This document shows positions 1 to 9,843 of a stretch of 64,000 nucleotides of DNA, piece by piece (within the stretch, counting starts at the first letter, position 1; each line of letters begins with the position of its first letter). Origin of the DNA: an uncultured Acidobacteriota bacterium. Its GTDB lineage: Bacteria > Acidobacteriota > Thermoanaerobaculia > Multivoradales > UBA5704. Made by a program: the position numbers and the translations under genes. The notes beneath the pieces were generated by a model, which saw only the letters and a list, made by a program, of their open reading frames with translations, did no database searches and was not told where the DNA came from. The stretch covers positions 4,352,001 to 4,416,000 of the forward strand of contig CAVYRF010000002.1 in NCBI GenBank assembly GCA_963770895.1. Reading direction: 5' to 3'.

Positions 1-1
1 G

Positions 2-3000
2 TGGTTCCTGCAGCAGCTGGAGCCCGGCTCGGCGACCTACAACATGCCGCTGCAGCTCGCGCTTGCCGGCACCCTCAGCATCGGCGCCCTGGCGGCGGCG
101 TTGAGTGCGCTGCTGCGCCGCCACGAGTCGCTGCGCACCACCTTCGTGCAGGGCACCGGGACGCTGCGCCAACAGATCGCGCCGCCGGTCCCCGTCGCGG
201 CGCTGCCGCTGGTCGACCTGTCGGGCCTGCCGCCGGCGGCGCGCCGGGACGCGGCGGCAGGGCTGGCACGGTGGCACGCCGGCCAGGGGTTCGACCTGGA
301 GCGCGGGCCGCTCTGCGTGTGGCTGCTGGTGCGGCTGGCGGCGGCGGAGCACCGGTTCCTGCTCAACATGCACCACACCATCTCGGACGGCTGGTCGATC
401 GAGGTGCTGGCCCGCGACCTGGGCGAGCTGTACGCCGCGACGCTGGAGGGGCGGCCGGCGCGGCTGCCGGACCTGCCGATCCAGTACGCCGACTTCGCGC
501 ACTGGCAGCGCCGGTGGCTGGTGGAGAAGCAGGCGCAGGAGCTGGCCTATTGGGAGTCCCGGCTGGGCGGCGAGGTGGCGTCGGCCGAGCTGCCCACCGA
601 CCGGCCGCGCCCCGCCGTGCAGACCTTCCGCGGCGGCCGGCGGCAGCTGGTGCTGGGAGAGGAGCTGACGGCGCGGCTCAAGCGCTTCGGCCGCGACGAA
701 GGCGTGACGCTCTTCATGACGCTCCTGGCTGCCACCCAGGTGCTCCTGGCGCGCCACAGCGGCGAGCACGACGTGGCGGTGGGCGTGCCGGTGGCCGGCC
801 GCCAGTGGGAAGAGACGGAAGGGCTGATCGGGTGCTTCCTCAACACCCTGGTCTTGCGCACCGACACCGCGGGCGAGCCGAGCTTCCGCGAGTTCGCGGC
901 GCGGGTGCGCACGGTGACGCTCGAAGCCTACTCGCACCAGAGCGTGCCGTTCGAAGCCGTGCTCGGCCGCCTGGGGCTGCGCCGCGACCTGTCGCGGTCG
1001 CCGCTGTTCCAGGTGCTGTTCAACCTGTTCAACCTGCCGGGGGCGCCCTTGGCGCTGCCCGACCTGGAGCTGCGGGCGCTGGCGCCGGCCGAGGTGCCGT
1101 CGAAGCTCGACCTGACGTTCTACGTCTCCGAGGACGCCGGCAGGGTGCCGATCGACCTGGTCTACAACGCCGATCTCTTCGACGAGGCGCACATGGCCGA
1201 GGTGCTGGCGCAGCTCGAGGCGCTGCTGCGGCAGGCGGTCGAACAGCCGGAGGTGCCGGTGGCGCATCTCTCCCTGGTCACCGACCTGGCGCGCGCGGTG
1301 CTGCCCGACCCGGGATGCGAGATCGACAGGCCTGCCTTCCCCGCGGTGGCGCGCCAGTTCCTCGCCCGCGAGGCGGCGCAGCCGGAGCGGGCGGCGGTCT
1401 GTTTCCAGGCCCAGGCGTGGTCCTATTCCCAGCTGGGCAGCCGGGCGCGGGAGATCGCCCGCGCGGCCATCGCCGCGCTGGCTCCGGTGGCCGCGATGGC
1501 CGCCGGCGGGGCGGCGCCGCCGGTCATCGCGGTGACCGGCCCGCGGTGCCCCGAGCTGATCGGCAGCATCCTGGGGGTCTTCCTGGCCCGCGGGGTGCTG
1601 TTGACGCTGGACCCTGCGCTGCCGGCGGCGCGCCTCCGCCTGATGGTGGAGCAGGCGAAGCCCGGATGCCTGCTGTACGTCGGCGAGCCGCGCGAGGAGG
1701 ACGCCTGGATGTGGGAGCTGGGTGCGCTCGGCATCCTGGCGGTGGTGCCGGTGGTGCGGGGGGCGGCGGCGGCCGGGCCGGCGCACGACGAGCCGGCGGC
1801 GGCCGTCGCCGACCCCGGTGCGGACGATCCGGCGTACATCTTCTTCACCTCCGGCACCACCGGCAGGCCGAAGGCGGTCGTCGGGCGCCAGAAGGGGCTG
1901 AGCCACTTCGTCACCTGGCAGCGCGAGACCTTCGGCATCGGCCAGGGCGACCGCGTCGCCCAGCTGACCGGCCTCTCCTTCGACGCGGTGCTGCGCGACA
2001 TCTTCGTGGCGCTGACCAGCGGCGCGACGCTCCACCTGCCGGACGAGGACGAGGCGAGCCCCGAGCACCTCCTGTCCTGGCTGCGGCGGCGCGCGATCAC
2101 CGTGCTGCACACCGTCCCGTCGCTGGCCGGCGCCTGGCTGGCCGCGCCGGCGGCGGTGGCCGCGGCGGGGCCGGCAGCGCTGCGTTTGACGTTCTTCGTC
2201 GGCGAGCCGCTGCTCGACCATGTGGTCGAGCGCTGGCGGGCGGCCTTCGCCGGCGCCGAGGTGTTCAATTTCTACGGTCCGACGGAAACCACGCTGATCA
2301 AGTGCTGGCACCGCGTGGCCGACCCGCCCGCCGCGGGCGTGCAGCCCGTCGGCGTGCCGATGCCGCAGACGCAGGCGCTGATCCTGGCCGGCGACGGCGC
2401 CGGCGCCGGCCGGCAGGTCCTGTGCGGCATCGGCGAGGTCGGCGAGATCGTGCTGCGGACGCCCTTCCGCAGCCTCGGCTACCTGGCCAATCCCGCCGAG
2501 ACGCGCGCCCGCTTCCGGCCCAACCCGTTCCGCGCGGTGCGCGCCGCCGCCGCGCCGGCGGACGGCGACGACGATCTGCTGTATTTCACCGGCGACCGTG
2601 GCCGCTACCGGCTCGACGGGTCGCTGGCGATCCTCGGCCGCCTGGACGCGCAGGTGAAGGTCCGCGGCGTGCGCATCGAGCCGGCGGAGATCCGGGCGTG
2701 CCTGGGCCGGCACCAGGCGGTGGCGGAGAGCGCCGTGGTGCTGCGCGAGGTCCAGGCCGGCGACTCCCGCCTGGTCGCCTACGTCGTGCCGCGGCCGGGC
2801 GCCGCCTGGGACCCCGAGGCGCTGCGCCGGCACCTCCGTCTGGAGCTGCCGGAGGTCATGATCCCGGCGGCGTTCGTCGCCCTGGACGCGCTGCCGCTGA
2901 CGCCCAACGGCAAGCTCGACACGCGGGCCCTGCCCGCGCCGCGGGTGGCGGCCGGCGAGCAGCGCGCCCTGCAGACGCCGGTCGAGGAGATCACCGCCGG

Positions 3001-4630
3001 GCTGTGGGCCGAGCTGCTCGGCCTGCCGCACGTCGGTCCCGACGACAACTTCTTCGAGCTGGGCGGCCACTCGCTGATCGGCGCCCGGCTGATCTCGCGC
3101 CTGCGCCAGGCGCTCGCGGTCGACCTGCCCTTGCGCCTGCTGTTCGAGGCGCCGACGGTGGCGGGGCTGGCCGCCGGGATCGAACGTCTGCGGCGCGGCG
3201 ACGGCGCGGCGGAGCTGCCGACGATTGGCTCCTTCCGCCACGACCGCGGCGCCCCGCCGCCGCTGTCGTTCGCGCAGGAGCGCTACTGGACGGGGCGCCA
3301 CCTGGAAGCGCGTTCGGTGGCCTCGACGATCCCGATGCTGATGCAGCTCACGGGGCCGCTCGAGGGCGCCAGCCTGCGGCGCGCGATCGCGGCGCTGGTC
3401 GATCGCCACGAGCTGTTGCGCACCAGCTTCCAGGAGGGGCCGCGGGGGCCGGTGCAGGTCATCCATCCGACGGTGCCCATGCCGCTTCCCGTCGTCGACC
3501 TGGAGCGGCTGCGGCCGCCGCAGCGGATGGCGGAGGTGCGCCGGTTCAGCATCCTCGACGGGCGGTCGCATTTCGACTACGAGCGCGCACCCTTCTTCCG
3601 CATGACCCTTTTCCGCTGCGGGCCGCAAGAGCACGCGCTGCTCTTCACCATCCATCACGTCGCTTCGGACTGGTGGTCGGGCACCGTCCTGAAGCGCGAG
3701 GTCGCGGCCCTGTACGTGGCGTTCCGCGACGGCCAGCCGCCGCCGCTGCCGCCGCTTGCCGCGCAGTTCCAGGACTTCGCGCGCTGGCAGCGGCGCCTGT
3801 CCCTGGACGACGCACAGGCCAGCCAGGTGACGTTCTGGCGCCAGCACCTGACCGGGGCCACGCCGATCGACCTGGGCGCCGGCCGGCCGCGCCCGCAAAG
3901 GCGGACGTTCGCCGCCGGGAGCGAGGAGATCTGGGTGCCGGAAGAGCTGGAAAAGCAGCTCGACGCCTTCTCCTCGCAGCACGGCGTGACGCTCTTCATG
4001 ACGCTGCTGGCAGCCTTCAAGGTGCTGCTGCATAACGAGACGGGCCAGGACGACCTGGTCGTCCCGTGCAGCTTCGCCAACCGCAACCAGCTGGAGACGG
4101 AGGCGCTGATCGGCAACTTCGCCACCGGGCTGCCCCTGCGCACGCGGCTGTCCGGCGTGCGGAGCTTCCTCGACCTGCTGCAGCGGGTGCGGGAGGTGAC
4201 GCTGCTGGCCCACGAGCATCCGGACATCTTCTACGAACCGGTGGTGGCGGGCATGAGCTTCCTAGAGGAGGGGGATCGAGGCGGGCTCACCACGTTCAAG
4301 GTCCTCTTCCAGCTGGTCAAGGTGCCGGTGCCGGCGGTGCCGGCGGTGCCGGAGGCGGCGGAGGTGGCGGCGGCCGCTGCCGACCTGCGCATCTCCCACC
4401 TGCACGTCGACACCGGCAAGATCCGCCTCGACCTCAGCCTTTTCCTCTCCCAGGCGGGCGGTCTCGCCGGACGTTTCCGCTACAACCGCGACGTGCTCGA
4501 CGCGGCCAGGGTCGCCGGGATGCGCGAGCGCCTGCTGCGCATCCTGGCAGCCGTCGTCGCCGACCCGGAGCGCCCGCTGGCCGAGCTGGCGGTCGCCGAT
4601 TGCGTGGCGCAGGAGGTGATCGTTCGATGA
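2..4630 (+). CDS. Non-ribosomal peptide synthetase, 5'-truncated by window edge; C-A-T-C domains, no TE
   Basis: Frame is open from base 2 (WFLQQLEPGSATYNMP, typical C-domain start). C motif HHTISDG; A motifs YIFFTSGTTGRPK, FYGPTE, YFTGD, LTPNGKLD; T motif FFELGGHSL; terminal C-like domain with HHVASDWW. Confidence 0.96.
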   Translation, partial: WFLQQLEPGSATYNMPLQLALAGTLSIGALAAALSALLRRHESLRTTFVQGTGTLRQQIAPPVPVAALPLVDLSGLPPAARRDAAAGLARWHAGQGFDLERGPLCVWLLVRLAAAEHRFLLNMHHTISDGWSIEVLARDLGELYAATLEGRPARLPDLPIQYADFAHWQRRWLVEKQAQELAYWESRLGGEVASAELPTDRPRPAVQTFRGGRRQLVLGEELTARLKRFGRDEGVTLFMTLLAATQVLLARHSGEHDVAVGVPVAGRQWEETEGLIGCFLNTLVLRTDTAGEPSFREFAARVRTVTLEAYSHQSVPFEAVLGRLGLRRDLSRSPLFQVLFNLFNLPGAPLALPDLELRALAPAEVPSKLDLTFYVSEDAGRVPIDLVYNADLFDEAHMAEVLAQLEALLRQAVEQPEVPVAHLSLVTDLARAVLPDPGCEIDRPAFPAVARQFLAREAAQPERAAVCFQAQAWSYSQLGSRAREIARAAIAALAPVAAMAAGGAAPPVIAVTGPRCPELIGSILGVFLARGVLLTLDPALPAARLRLMVEQAKPGCLLYVGEPREEDAWMWELGALGILAVVPVVRGAAAAGPAHDEPAAAVADPGADDPAYIFFTSGTTGRPKAVVGRQKGLSHFVTWQRETFGIGQGDRVAQLTGLSFDAVLRDIFVALTSGATLHLPDEDEASPEHLLSWLRRRAITVLHTVPSLAGAWLAAPAAVAAAGPAALRLTFFVGEPLLDHVVERWRAAFAGAEVFNFYGPTETTLIKCWHRVADPPAAGVQPVGVPMPQTQALILAGDGAGAGRQVLCGIGEVGEIVLRTPFRSLGYLANPAETRARFRPNPFRAVRAAAAPADGDDDLLYFTGDRGRYRLDGSLAILGRLDAQVKVRGVRIEPAEIRACLGRHQAVAESAVVLREVQAGDSRLVAYVVPRPGAAWDPEALRRHLRLELPEVMIPAAFVALDALPLTPNGKLDTRALPAPRVAAGEQRALQTPVEEITAGLWAELLGLPHVGPDDNFFELGGHSLIGARLISRLRQALAVDLPLRLLFEAPTVAGLAAGIERLRRGDGAAELPTIGSFRHDRGAPPPLSFAQERYWTGRHLEARSVASTIPMLMQLTGPLEGASLRRAIAALVDRHELLRTSFQEGPRGPVQVIHPTVPMPLPVVDLERLRPPQRMAEVRRFSILDGRSHFDYERAPFFRMTLFRCGPQEHALLFTIHHVASDWWSGTVLKREVAALYVAFRDGQPPPLPPLAAQFQDFARWQRRLSLDDAQASQVTFWRQHLTGATPIDLGAGRPRPQRRTFAAGSEEIWVPEELEKQLDAFSSQHGVTLFMTLLAAFKVLLHNETGQDDLVVPCSFANRNQLETEALIGNFATGLPLRTRLSGVRSFLDLLQRVREVTLLAHEHPDIFYEPVVAGMSFLEEGDRGGLTTFKVLFQLVKVPVPAVPAVPEAAEVAAAAADLRISHLHVDTGKIRLDLSLFLSQAGGLAGRFRYNRDVLDAARVAGMRERLLRILAAVVADPERPLAELAVADCVAQEVIVR

Positions 4631-5727
4631 GCGAGCGCGAGCACGGCCTGACCAGGGAGGTGCCGTTCGACGGCGGCGCCTGGGTGTGCGACGCCGCCCA
4701 GTGGCGGGTCGAGGAGCACCTGGGGCGCCGCAGCCTCTACCTCAAGGGCGGCATCGCCACCGTCGCCGGCGAGAACTTCGTCGACGGCAGGCTGGCGGTG
4801 GACGTGGCGTTCGGCGGCGAGCGCGCATTCATCGGCGCCGTCTGGCGCGTCCAGGACGCCGGCAACTACGAGGAGTTCTACCTGCGTCCGCACCAGTCGG
4901 GGAACCCGGACGCCACCCAGTACACGCCGGTGTTCAACGGCGTCTCGGGTTGGCAGCTCTACCACGGCGAGCGCTACGCGGTGCGCGCCGTCCATCCGCG
5001 CGATGCCTGGGTGCGCCTGGAAGTGGTCTTCGCCGGGGCGCGGGCCGAGATCTACCTGGGCGGCGCCGCCCAGCCGGTCCTGGTCGTCGACGACCTCAAG
5101 CGCGAGGTCGCGCCGGGCGGCGTCGGGGTCAGCGCGCTGGATTTCGCTCCCGCGCACTTCTCGAACTTCTCCTTCGCCGCGGCGCCGGCAGCCCCGCCGG
5201 CCCCGCCGGACGCTCGGGAAGGTCCCGCCGCCGCCGGCTCCGCGCCGGCGCCTGGCACCGCCACCGTCCGCCGGTGGTGGGTCTCCGAGGCATTTCGCGA
5301 AAGCTCGCTGGGCGACACGCTCGAGCTTGCCGAAAGCGACCTGGCGGCGCGCACCTGGCAGCCCCTGGTGGCCGAGCCGGGGGGACTTGCCAACCTCGCC
5401 CGCGTGCAGGGGATCGTGCTGGGCAAGGACACCGTGCTGGCGCGCGCCGTGGTGACCGCGCCGCGCGACGGCGTGTGGCGGCTCGACTTCGGCTTCAGCG
5501 ACCGCGTGCGGCTGTTTCTGAACCGCCGCCTGCTCTATCGCGGCGACGACGGCCAGGGCTCGCGCGACTACAGATTTCTCGGCAGCATCGGCTTTTACGA
5601 TTCTTTGTATCTGCCGCTTGTTTGCGGCCGCAACGAAATCGTGATGGCGGTGTCAGAAGACAACCGCGGCGGCTGGGGCGTGCAGGCCCGGTTTGCCGAT
5701 GCCGCGGCACTTGCGTTGGAAGAGTGA
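4627..5727 (+). CDS. Hypothetical beta-sandwich/lectin-like (DUF1080-like) protein
   Basis: ATGA overlap with NRPS stop; beta-rich sequence (YEEFYLRPHQSGNPDATQYTP, FGFSDRVRLFLN); no signal peptide. Family call is tentative. Confidence 0.7.
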   Translation: MSEREHGLTREVPFDGGAWVCDAAQWRVEEHLGRRSLYLKGGIATVAGENFVDGRLAVDVAFGGERAFIGAVWRVQDAGNYEEFYLRPHQSGNPDATQYTPVFNGVSGWQLYHGERYAVRAVHPRDAWVRLEVVFAGARAEIYLGGAAQPVLVVDDLKREVAPGGVGVSALDFAPAHFSNFSFAAAPAAPPAPPDAREGPAAAGSAPAPGTATVRRWWVSEAFRESSLGDTLELAESDLAARTWQPLVAEPGGLANLARVQGIVLGKDTVLARAVVTAPRDGVWRLDFGFSDRVRLFLNRRLLYRGDDGQGSRDYRFLGSIGFYDSLYLPLVCGRNEIVMAVSEDNRGGWGVQARFADAAALALEE

Positions 5728-5751
5728 ACAGACAGGAGAGGAAAAACCGTC

Positions 5752-7137
5752 ATGCTTGAGATCATTCAGGAACCATTGCCGGGCGCGCCAGGGGTGACGG
5801 AGTTGCCGGAGCCTGTTGCCGCAGGGGCGCACGCGGCGGAGGCGCCGGCGCCTCCGGAGCTGTCCCGCAAAGGGGTCATCATCAACTATCCGATGTTCCG
5901 CTTCTGGCACAAGGAGGCGGTGGCGGAAGGCCAGCGGCAGCAGCCGCTCAATGTTTACATCCACATGCCGTACTGTATTCAACGCTGCGCCTATTGTTAC
6001 TTCAAGACCACCACCTTGAAGGAAAACCGCCTGGCCGACATCGATCAGTACGTGCGCTCAGTCTGCGCCGAGATGGCGCTGGGCTCGCGCCACTTCGCTC
6101 TCGGGCAGCGGCCGGTGGAAACGGTCTATTTCGGCGGCGGCACGCCGACGCTGATGTCGGAAGAGAACATCGACCTGCTGTTCGCGGCGTTGCGCGAGAA
6201 CTTCACGCTGGCCGACCCGCAGATCACCTTCGAAGGCGAGCCGGTGACGCTGACCGAGCGCAAGGCGGCGCTGCTGGCGCGGCACAAGGTCAACCGCATC
6301 AGCCTGGGCATCCAGTCGTTCAAGGAGGAGATCGTCTTCCAGACCGGCCGCCGCGACACCGAGGAGCAGACCTTCCGCGCCATCGAGCTGGCCAAGGCGA
6401 CCGGCGCCGAGGTGAACGTCGACCTGATCAGCGGCCTGGCCGGCGAGACGCTCGACACCTGGGCCTATTCGGTGCGGCGGGCGATCGAGGCCGACGTGCA
6501 CAACATCACCATTTACAAGCTGGAGCTTTACGCTAATACACCGTATTACACGGCGGAGAAGCACCAGGAGATCGCGCTGCCCGACGAGACGCGGGAGCTG
6601 GCGTTCATCGAGTACGCCGTCGCCGAGCTCAAGCGTCACAATTATCTCCCCGTCAATACCTTCACCTTCACCAAGGGCGGCGCCCACGACCAGCTCAACA
6701 CGCGCAAGCGCTGGCAGGGGGCCGACAGCTACGCCTGCGGCGTTTCTGCCTACGGTTCGCTGGGCGACTGGCAGTTTCAGAACACCAACGAAATTCCGGC
6801 CTATACCGCGGCGATCGCGCGCAACGAGCTGCCCACCGTCCGCGCCTACCGCAACACCAGCTTCGATCGCATCGTGCGCGAAGCGGTGATGGGGATCAAG
6901 CTGGTGGCGATCGATCACCACCACTTCCGCGACAAGCACGGCCTGGACCTGCTGCAGGTCTGCGCCGCCGACCTGGCGCGGCTGGCGAGCGACGGGTTCC
7001 TGGTCGTCGACGAGCGGGAGATCCGCCTGACCGACCGCGGCATCATCTATGGCGACTACGTGAGCCGGGTTCTGGAAAGCTCGCTCAAAAAGCTCACCGG
7101 CGGCCACGCCGCCAGCCGCACGCGGGTGCATCGCTGA
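5752..7137 (+). CDS. HemN-like (class C) radical SAM enzyme
   Basis: YIHMPYCIQRCAYCYF (CxxxCxxC), YFGGGTPT, RISLGIQSF, HemN-like C-terminus (LTDRGIIYGD); purine-rich RBS upstream. Confidence 0.92.
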   Translation: MLEIIQEPLPGAPGVTELPEPVAAGAHAAEAPAPPELSRKGVIINYPMFRFWHKEAVAEGQRQQPLNVYIHMPYCIQRCAYCYFKTTTLKENRLADIDQYVRSVCAEMALGSRHFALGQRPVETVYFGGGTPTLMSEENIDLLFAALRENFTLADPQITFEGEPVTLTERKAALLARHKVNRISLGIQSFKEEIVFQTGRRDTEEQTFRAIELAKATGAEVNVDLISGLAGETLDTWAYSVRRAIEADVHNITIYKLELYANTPYYTAEKHQEIALPDETRELAFIEYAVAELKRHNYLPVNTFTFTKGGAHDQLNTRKRWQGADSYACGVSAYGSLGDWQFQNTNEIPAYTAAIARNELPTVRAYRNTSFDRIVREAVMGIKLVAIDHHHFRDKHGLDLLQVCAADLARLASDGFLVVDEREIRLTDRGIIYGDYVSRVLESSLKKLTGGHAASRTRVHR

Positions 7138-7183
7138 GCGGCGGGCGGCCAGGTCCACGATCGCGCAATGGAAAGGATTGGCA

Positions 7184-7468
7184 ATGACATCGGATGAAGT
7201 GCTGGAAGGGTTGAAGCGCATCATTGTCGACGACCTGGACGTCGACGTCGAGTACCAGGACCTGTCGCCGGACGTGCCGCTGTTCGAGGGCGGACTGGGC
7301 CTCGATTCGGTGGTGCTGGTCGAGCTCATCAGCTGCATCGAGAAACGTTTCGACGTCATGGTGTCGGACGACCTGCTCACCGTCGAAACGTTCAAGGACC
7401 TGCAGTCGGTGGCGCAGGTGATCGGCACGCTGCTCGCCGCGGTCGAGCTGCCGGCGGGGCGTGGGTGA
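7184..7468 (+). CDS. Acyl carrier protein
   Basis: Small acidic protein with GLGLDSV phosphopantetheine motif; AAAGGA RBS. Confidence 0.92.
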   Translation: MTSDEVLEGLKRIIVDDLDVDVEYQDLSPDVPLFEGGLGLDSVVLVELISCIEKRFDVMVSDDLLTVETFKDLQSVAQVIGTLLAAVELPAGRG

Positions 7469-9108
7469 GCGATAGCCGGGCCGTGCCGGCCCCGCCCGCT
7501 CTGACCGCCAAGCCGGCGGCAGCGCCGCGCAAGCCCGACTTCTTCATCGTCGGCGCTCCGCGCTGCGGCACCACCACGCTGTACGCTGCGCTGCGCCAGC
7601 ACCCGCAGATCTTCGCCTCGGTGCACAAGGAGCCGCACTTTTTCGGCAGCGACCTGACGCCGCTGCCGGGCGCCATCCGCGACGAGGCGTCGTATCTCGC
7701 CCTGTTCGCCGGCGCCGGCGACCGCCCTCGCGCCGGCGAGAGCTCGGTGCACTACCTGTCGTCGCGGCGGGCGCCGTTCGAGATCCGGGCCTACGCGCCG
7801 GCGGCGCGCATCCTCATCCTGCTGCGCGAGCCGGTGAGCATGGCGCACTCCCTCTACGCGCTCTTTACCCGCACCGGCAACGAGGAGCTGCCGACCTTCG
7901 AGGCGGCGCTCGCGGTGGAGGAGGAGCGCCGCGCCGGGCGCCGCATCCCGCCGGGCGCCTATTTCCCGGAGGGCCTGCTGTACACCGACGGCGCGCGCTA
8001 CGCGGCGAAGGTCGAGCGCTGGCTGGAGGTGTTCGGCCGCGAGCAGGTGCACTGCATCCTGTTCGACGACCTGGTGCGCGACACCGCGGCGGTCTATCGC
8101 CGGGCGCTGGCGTTCCTCGGCGTCGATGCCGGCTTCACCGCCGAGCTCGAGCCGCGGCGGGCCGCCGAGCTCGCCCGCGTGCAGACGATCCGGCAGCTGC
8201 GCCACCTGCCGCCCGAGGTGCGGCAGCGCATGCAGTTCGACCAGATGAAACTTCACCAGGGGCCGCCCCGCCCGGAGGTCGACCCGGCGCTGGCCGGGCG
8301 GCTGCGCGCGCTGTTCGCCGCCGACGTGGCGCGCCTGGGGCAGCTGCTGGACCGCGACCTCTCGGCGTGGAGCCGCGGCGAGGCGGTGCCGGCGGTGGCG
8401 GCGACTCCGGCGCCGGCCGCCGCGGACAGCAGGGCCGAGATCTTCGCCTGCCTGCGGGCGCTGCGCCAGATCCCGCCCGAGCTGCGCGCGCGGCAGGACC
8501 GGGTGGAGCCGATGGAGCGCAAGTTCGCGCGCTGGCAGCGGCTGCGGCTGCCCGATCTGCCGCTCGAGCAGCGCGCCTGGGATCCGCAGTGGGCCAGCTG
8601 GTTTGCCGGCGAGCAGGAGCGGATCGCCGCGGCGCTCGCGCCGCGCACGGCGCGCATCGAGCACTTCGGCAGCACCGCGGTGCCGGGCCTGGGATCGAAG
8701 AACATCATCGACATCGCGGTGGGCGTCGACGGCGCCGAAGGCGTGGACGGCGAAACCGAGGCGGTCGAAGCGGCGCTCGGGGCGATCGGCTACGTCGCCT
8801 ACGGCAACAGCCCGATCGATCCCCAGACGCGCTGGCTGTGGCGGCTGGAAGGCGACCGCGCCTTCGCTGTCCACCATTGCGATCGCCGCCGCACCTGGCT
8901 GGATGAACAGACCGACCTGCGCGACTACCTGTGCGCCTGCCCGGAGGAGCGCGAACGCTACGCCTCGTTGAAGCGTCGTCTCGCCGCCGAGAGCGGCACA
9001 AAATTTCTGCGCTACAGCGTCGGCAAGATGGCGCTGTCGCTCGAGCTGGTCGCCCGCGCGCTCAGCTGGCGGGAGGCAGGAGGCGGCCGTGCGGTGGGAA
9101 CACGGTGA
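7465..9108 (+). CDS. Sulfotransferase fused to a C-terminal GrpB/UPF0157 domain
   Basis: N-terminal PDFFIVGAPRCGTT...KEPHFF and LLREP...S (PAPS-binding motifs); C-terminal IEHFGSTAVPGLGSKNIIDIAV and LRDYL...RERYASLKRRLA (GrpB-like). Confidence 0.85.
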   Translation: MSDSRAVPAPPALTAKPAAAPRKPDFFIVGAPRCGTTTLYAALRQHPQIFASVHKEPHFFGSDLTPLPGAIRDEASYLALFAGAGDRPRAGESSVHYLSSRRAPFEIRAYAPAARILILLREPVSMAHSLYALFTRTGNEELPTFEAALAVEEERRAGRRIPPGAYFPEGLLYTDGARYAAKVERWLEVFGREQVHCILFDDLVRDTAAVYRRALAFLGVDAGFTAELEPRRAAELARVQTIRQLRHLPPEVRQRMQFDQMKLHQGPPRPEVDPALAGRLRALFAADVARLGQLLDRDLSAWSRGEAVPAVAATPAPAAADSRAEIFACLRALRQIPPELRARQDRVEPMERKFARWQRLRLPDLPLEQRAWDPQWASWFAGEQERIAAALAPRTARIEHFGSTAVPGLGSKNIIDIAVGVDGAEGVDGETEAVEAALGAIGYVAYGNSPIDPQTRWLWRLEGDRAFAVHHCDRRRTWLDEQTDLRDYLCACPEERERYASLKRRLAAESGTKFLRYSVGKMALSLELVARALSWREAGGGRAVGTR

Positions 9109-9806
9109 AACGAGTTGCCTTGGTGACGGGCGCGAACCGCGGCATCGGGTTCGAGACCTGCCGGCAGCTGGGCGCGGCGGGCTATTCGATCGTGCTCACC
9201 GCGCGCGATGCGGACAAGGGCAACCGGGCTTTGACGGCGCTGCGCCAGCAGGGTGTCGAGGCGCGCTTCCACGTGCTCGACGTGACCGATCCAGCGAGCG
9301 TGGCGCGGGCCGCTGCCTGCGTGAGCGGCGAGCTGGGGCGGCTGGATGCGCTGGTCAACAATGCGGCGATCGCCATCGACAGCAAGGAATCGCTGGCGCG
9401 GGTCGACCTGGAGATCCTGCGGCGGACGCTCGACACCAACCTGGTCGGTGCGCTCAGCTGCTGCCAGGCGTTTCTGCCGCTCATGCTGCAGCAGGGCTAC
9501 GGCCGCATCGTCAACGTGTCGAGCGGGCGGGCCTCGTTCACCAGGCTGGCCGCCGGCGGGCCGTGCTATCGCATTTCGAAGGCCGCGCTCAACGCCCTGA
9601 CGGTGATCCTCGCCGACGAGGTGAAGGAGAGCAACATCCTGGTCAACGCCATGACGACGGGATGGGTGCGCACCCGCATGGGCGGGCTGCTCACGGCGCC
9701 GCGCTCGCTCGCCGAAGGGGCGGACACGGCGGTCTGGCTGGCGATGCTGCCCGACGGCGGGCATCGCGGCAAGTTCTTCCGGGACCGGCAGGAGTTTCCG
9801 TGGTGA
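9105..9806 (+). CDS. Short-chain dehydrogenase/reductase
   Basis: GTG start overlapping the previous stop; TGANRGIG, NNAA, YRISK motifs. Confidence 0.93.
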   Translation: MKRVALVTGANRGIGFETCRQLGAAGYSIVLTARDADKGNRALTALRQQGVEARFHVLDVTDPASVARAAACVSGELGRLDALVNNAAIAIDSKESLARVDLEILRRTLDTNLVGALSCCQAFLPLMLQQGYGRIVNVSSGRASFTRLAAGGPCYRISKAALNALTVILADEVKESNILVNAMTTGWVRTRMGGLLTAPRSLAEGADTAVWLAMLPDGGHRGKFFRDRQEFPW

Positions 9807-9843
9807 TGCGACCAACCGGCCAGCCGCGGCCGCGGACGGTGCG

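Noticed and set aside
1-4035. 1344-aa ORF and many other long overlapping or antisense ORFs (e.g. 6058-8877, 16838-19303, 23846-26422, 60690-63125)
   Set aside because: Arg/Ala/Gly/Pro-rich or mirror-frame shadows of real genes, expected in high-GC DNA; no motifs.
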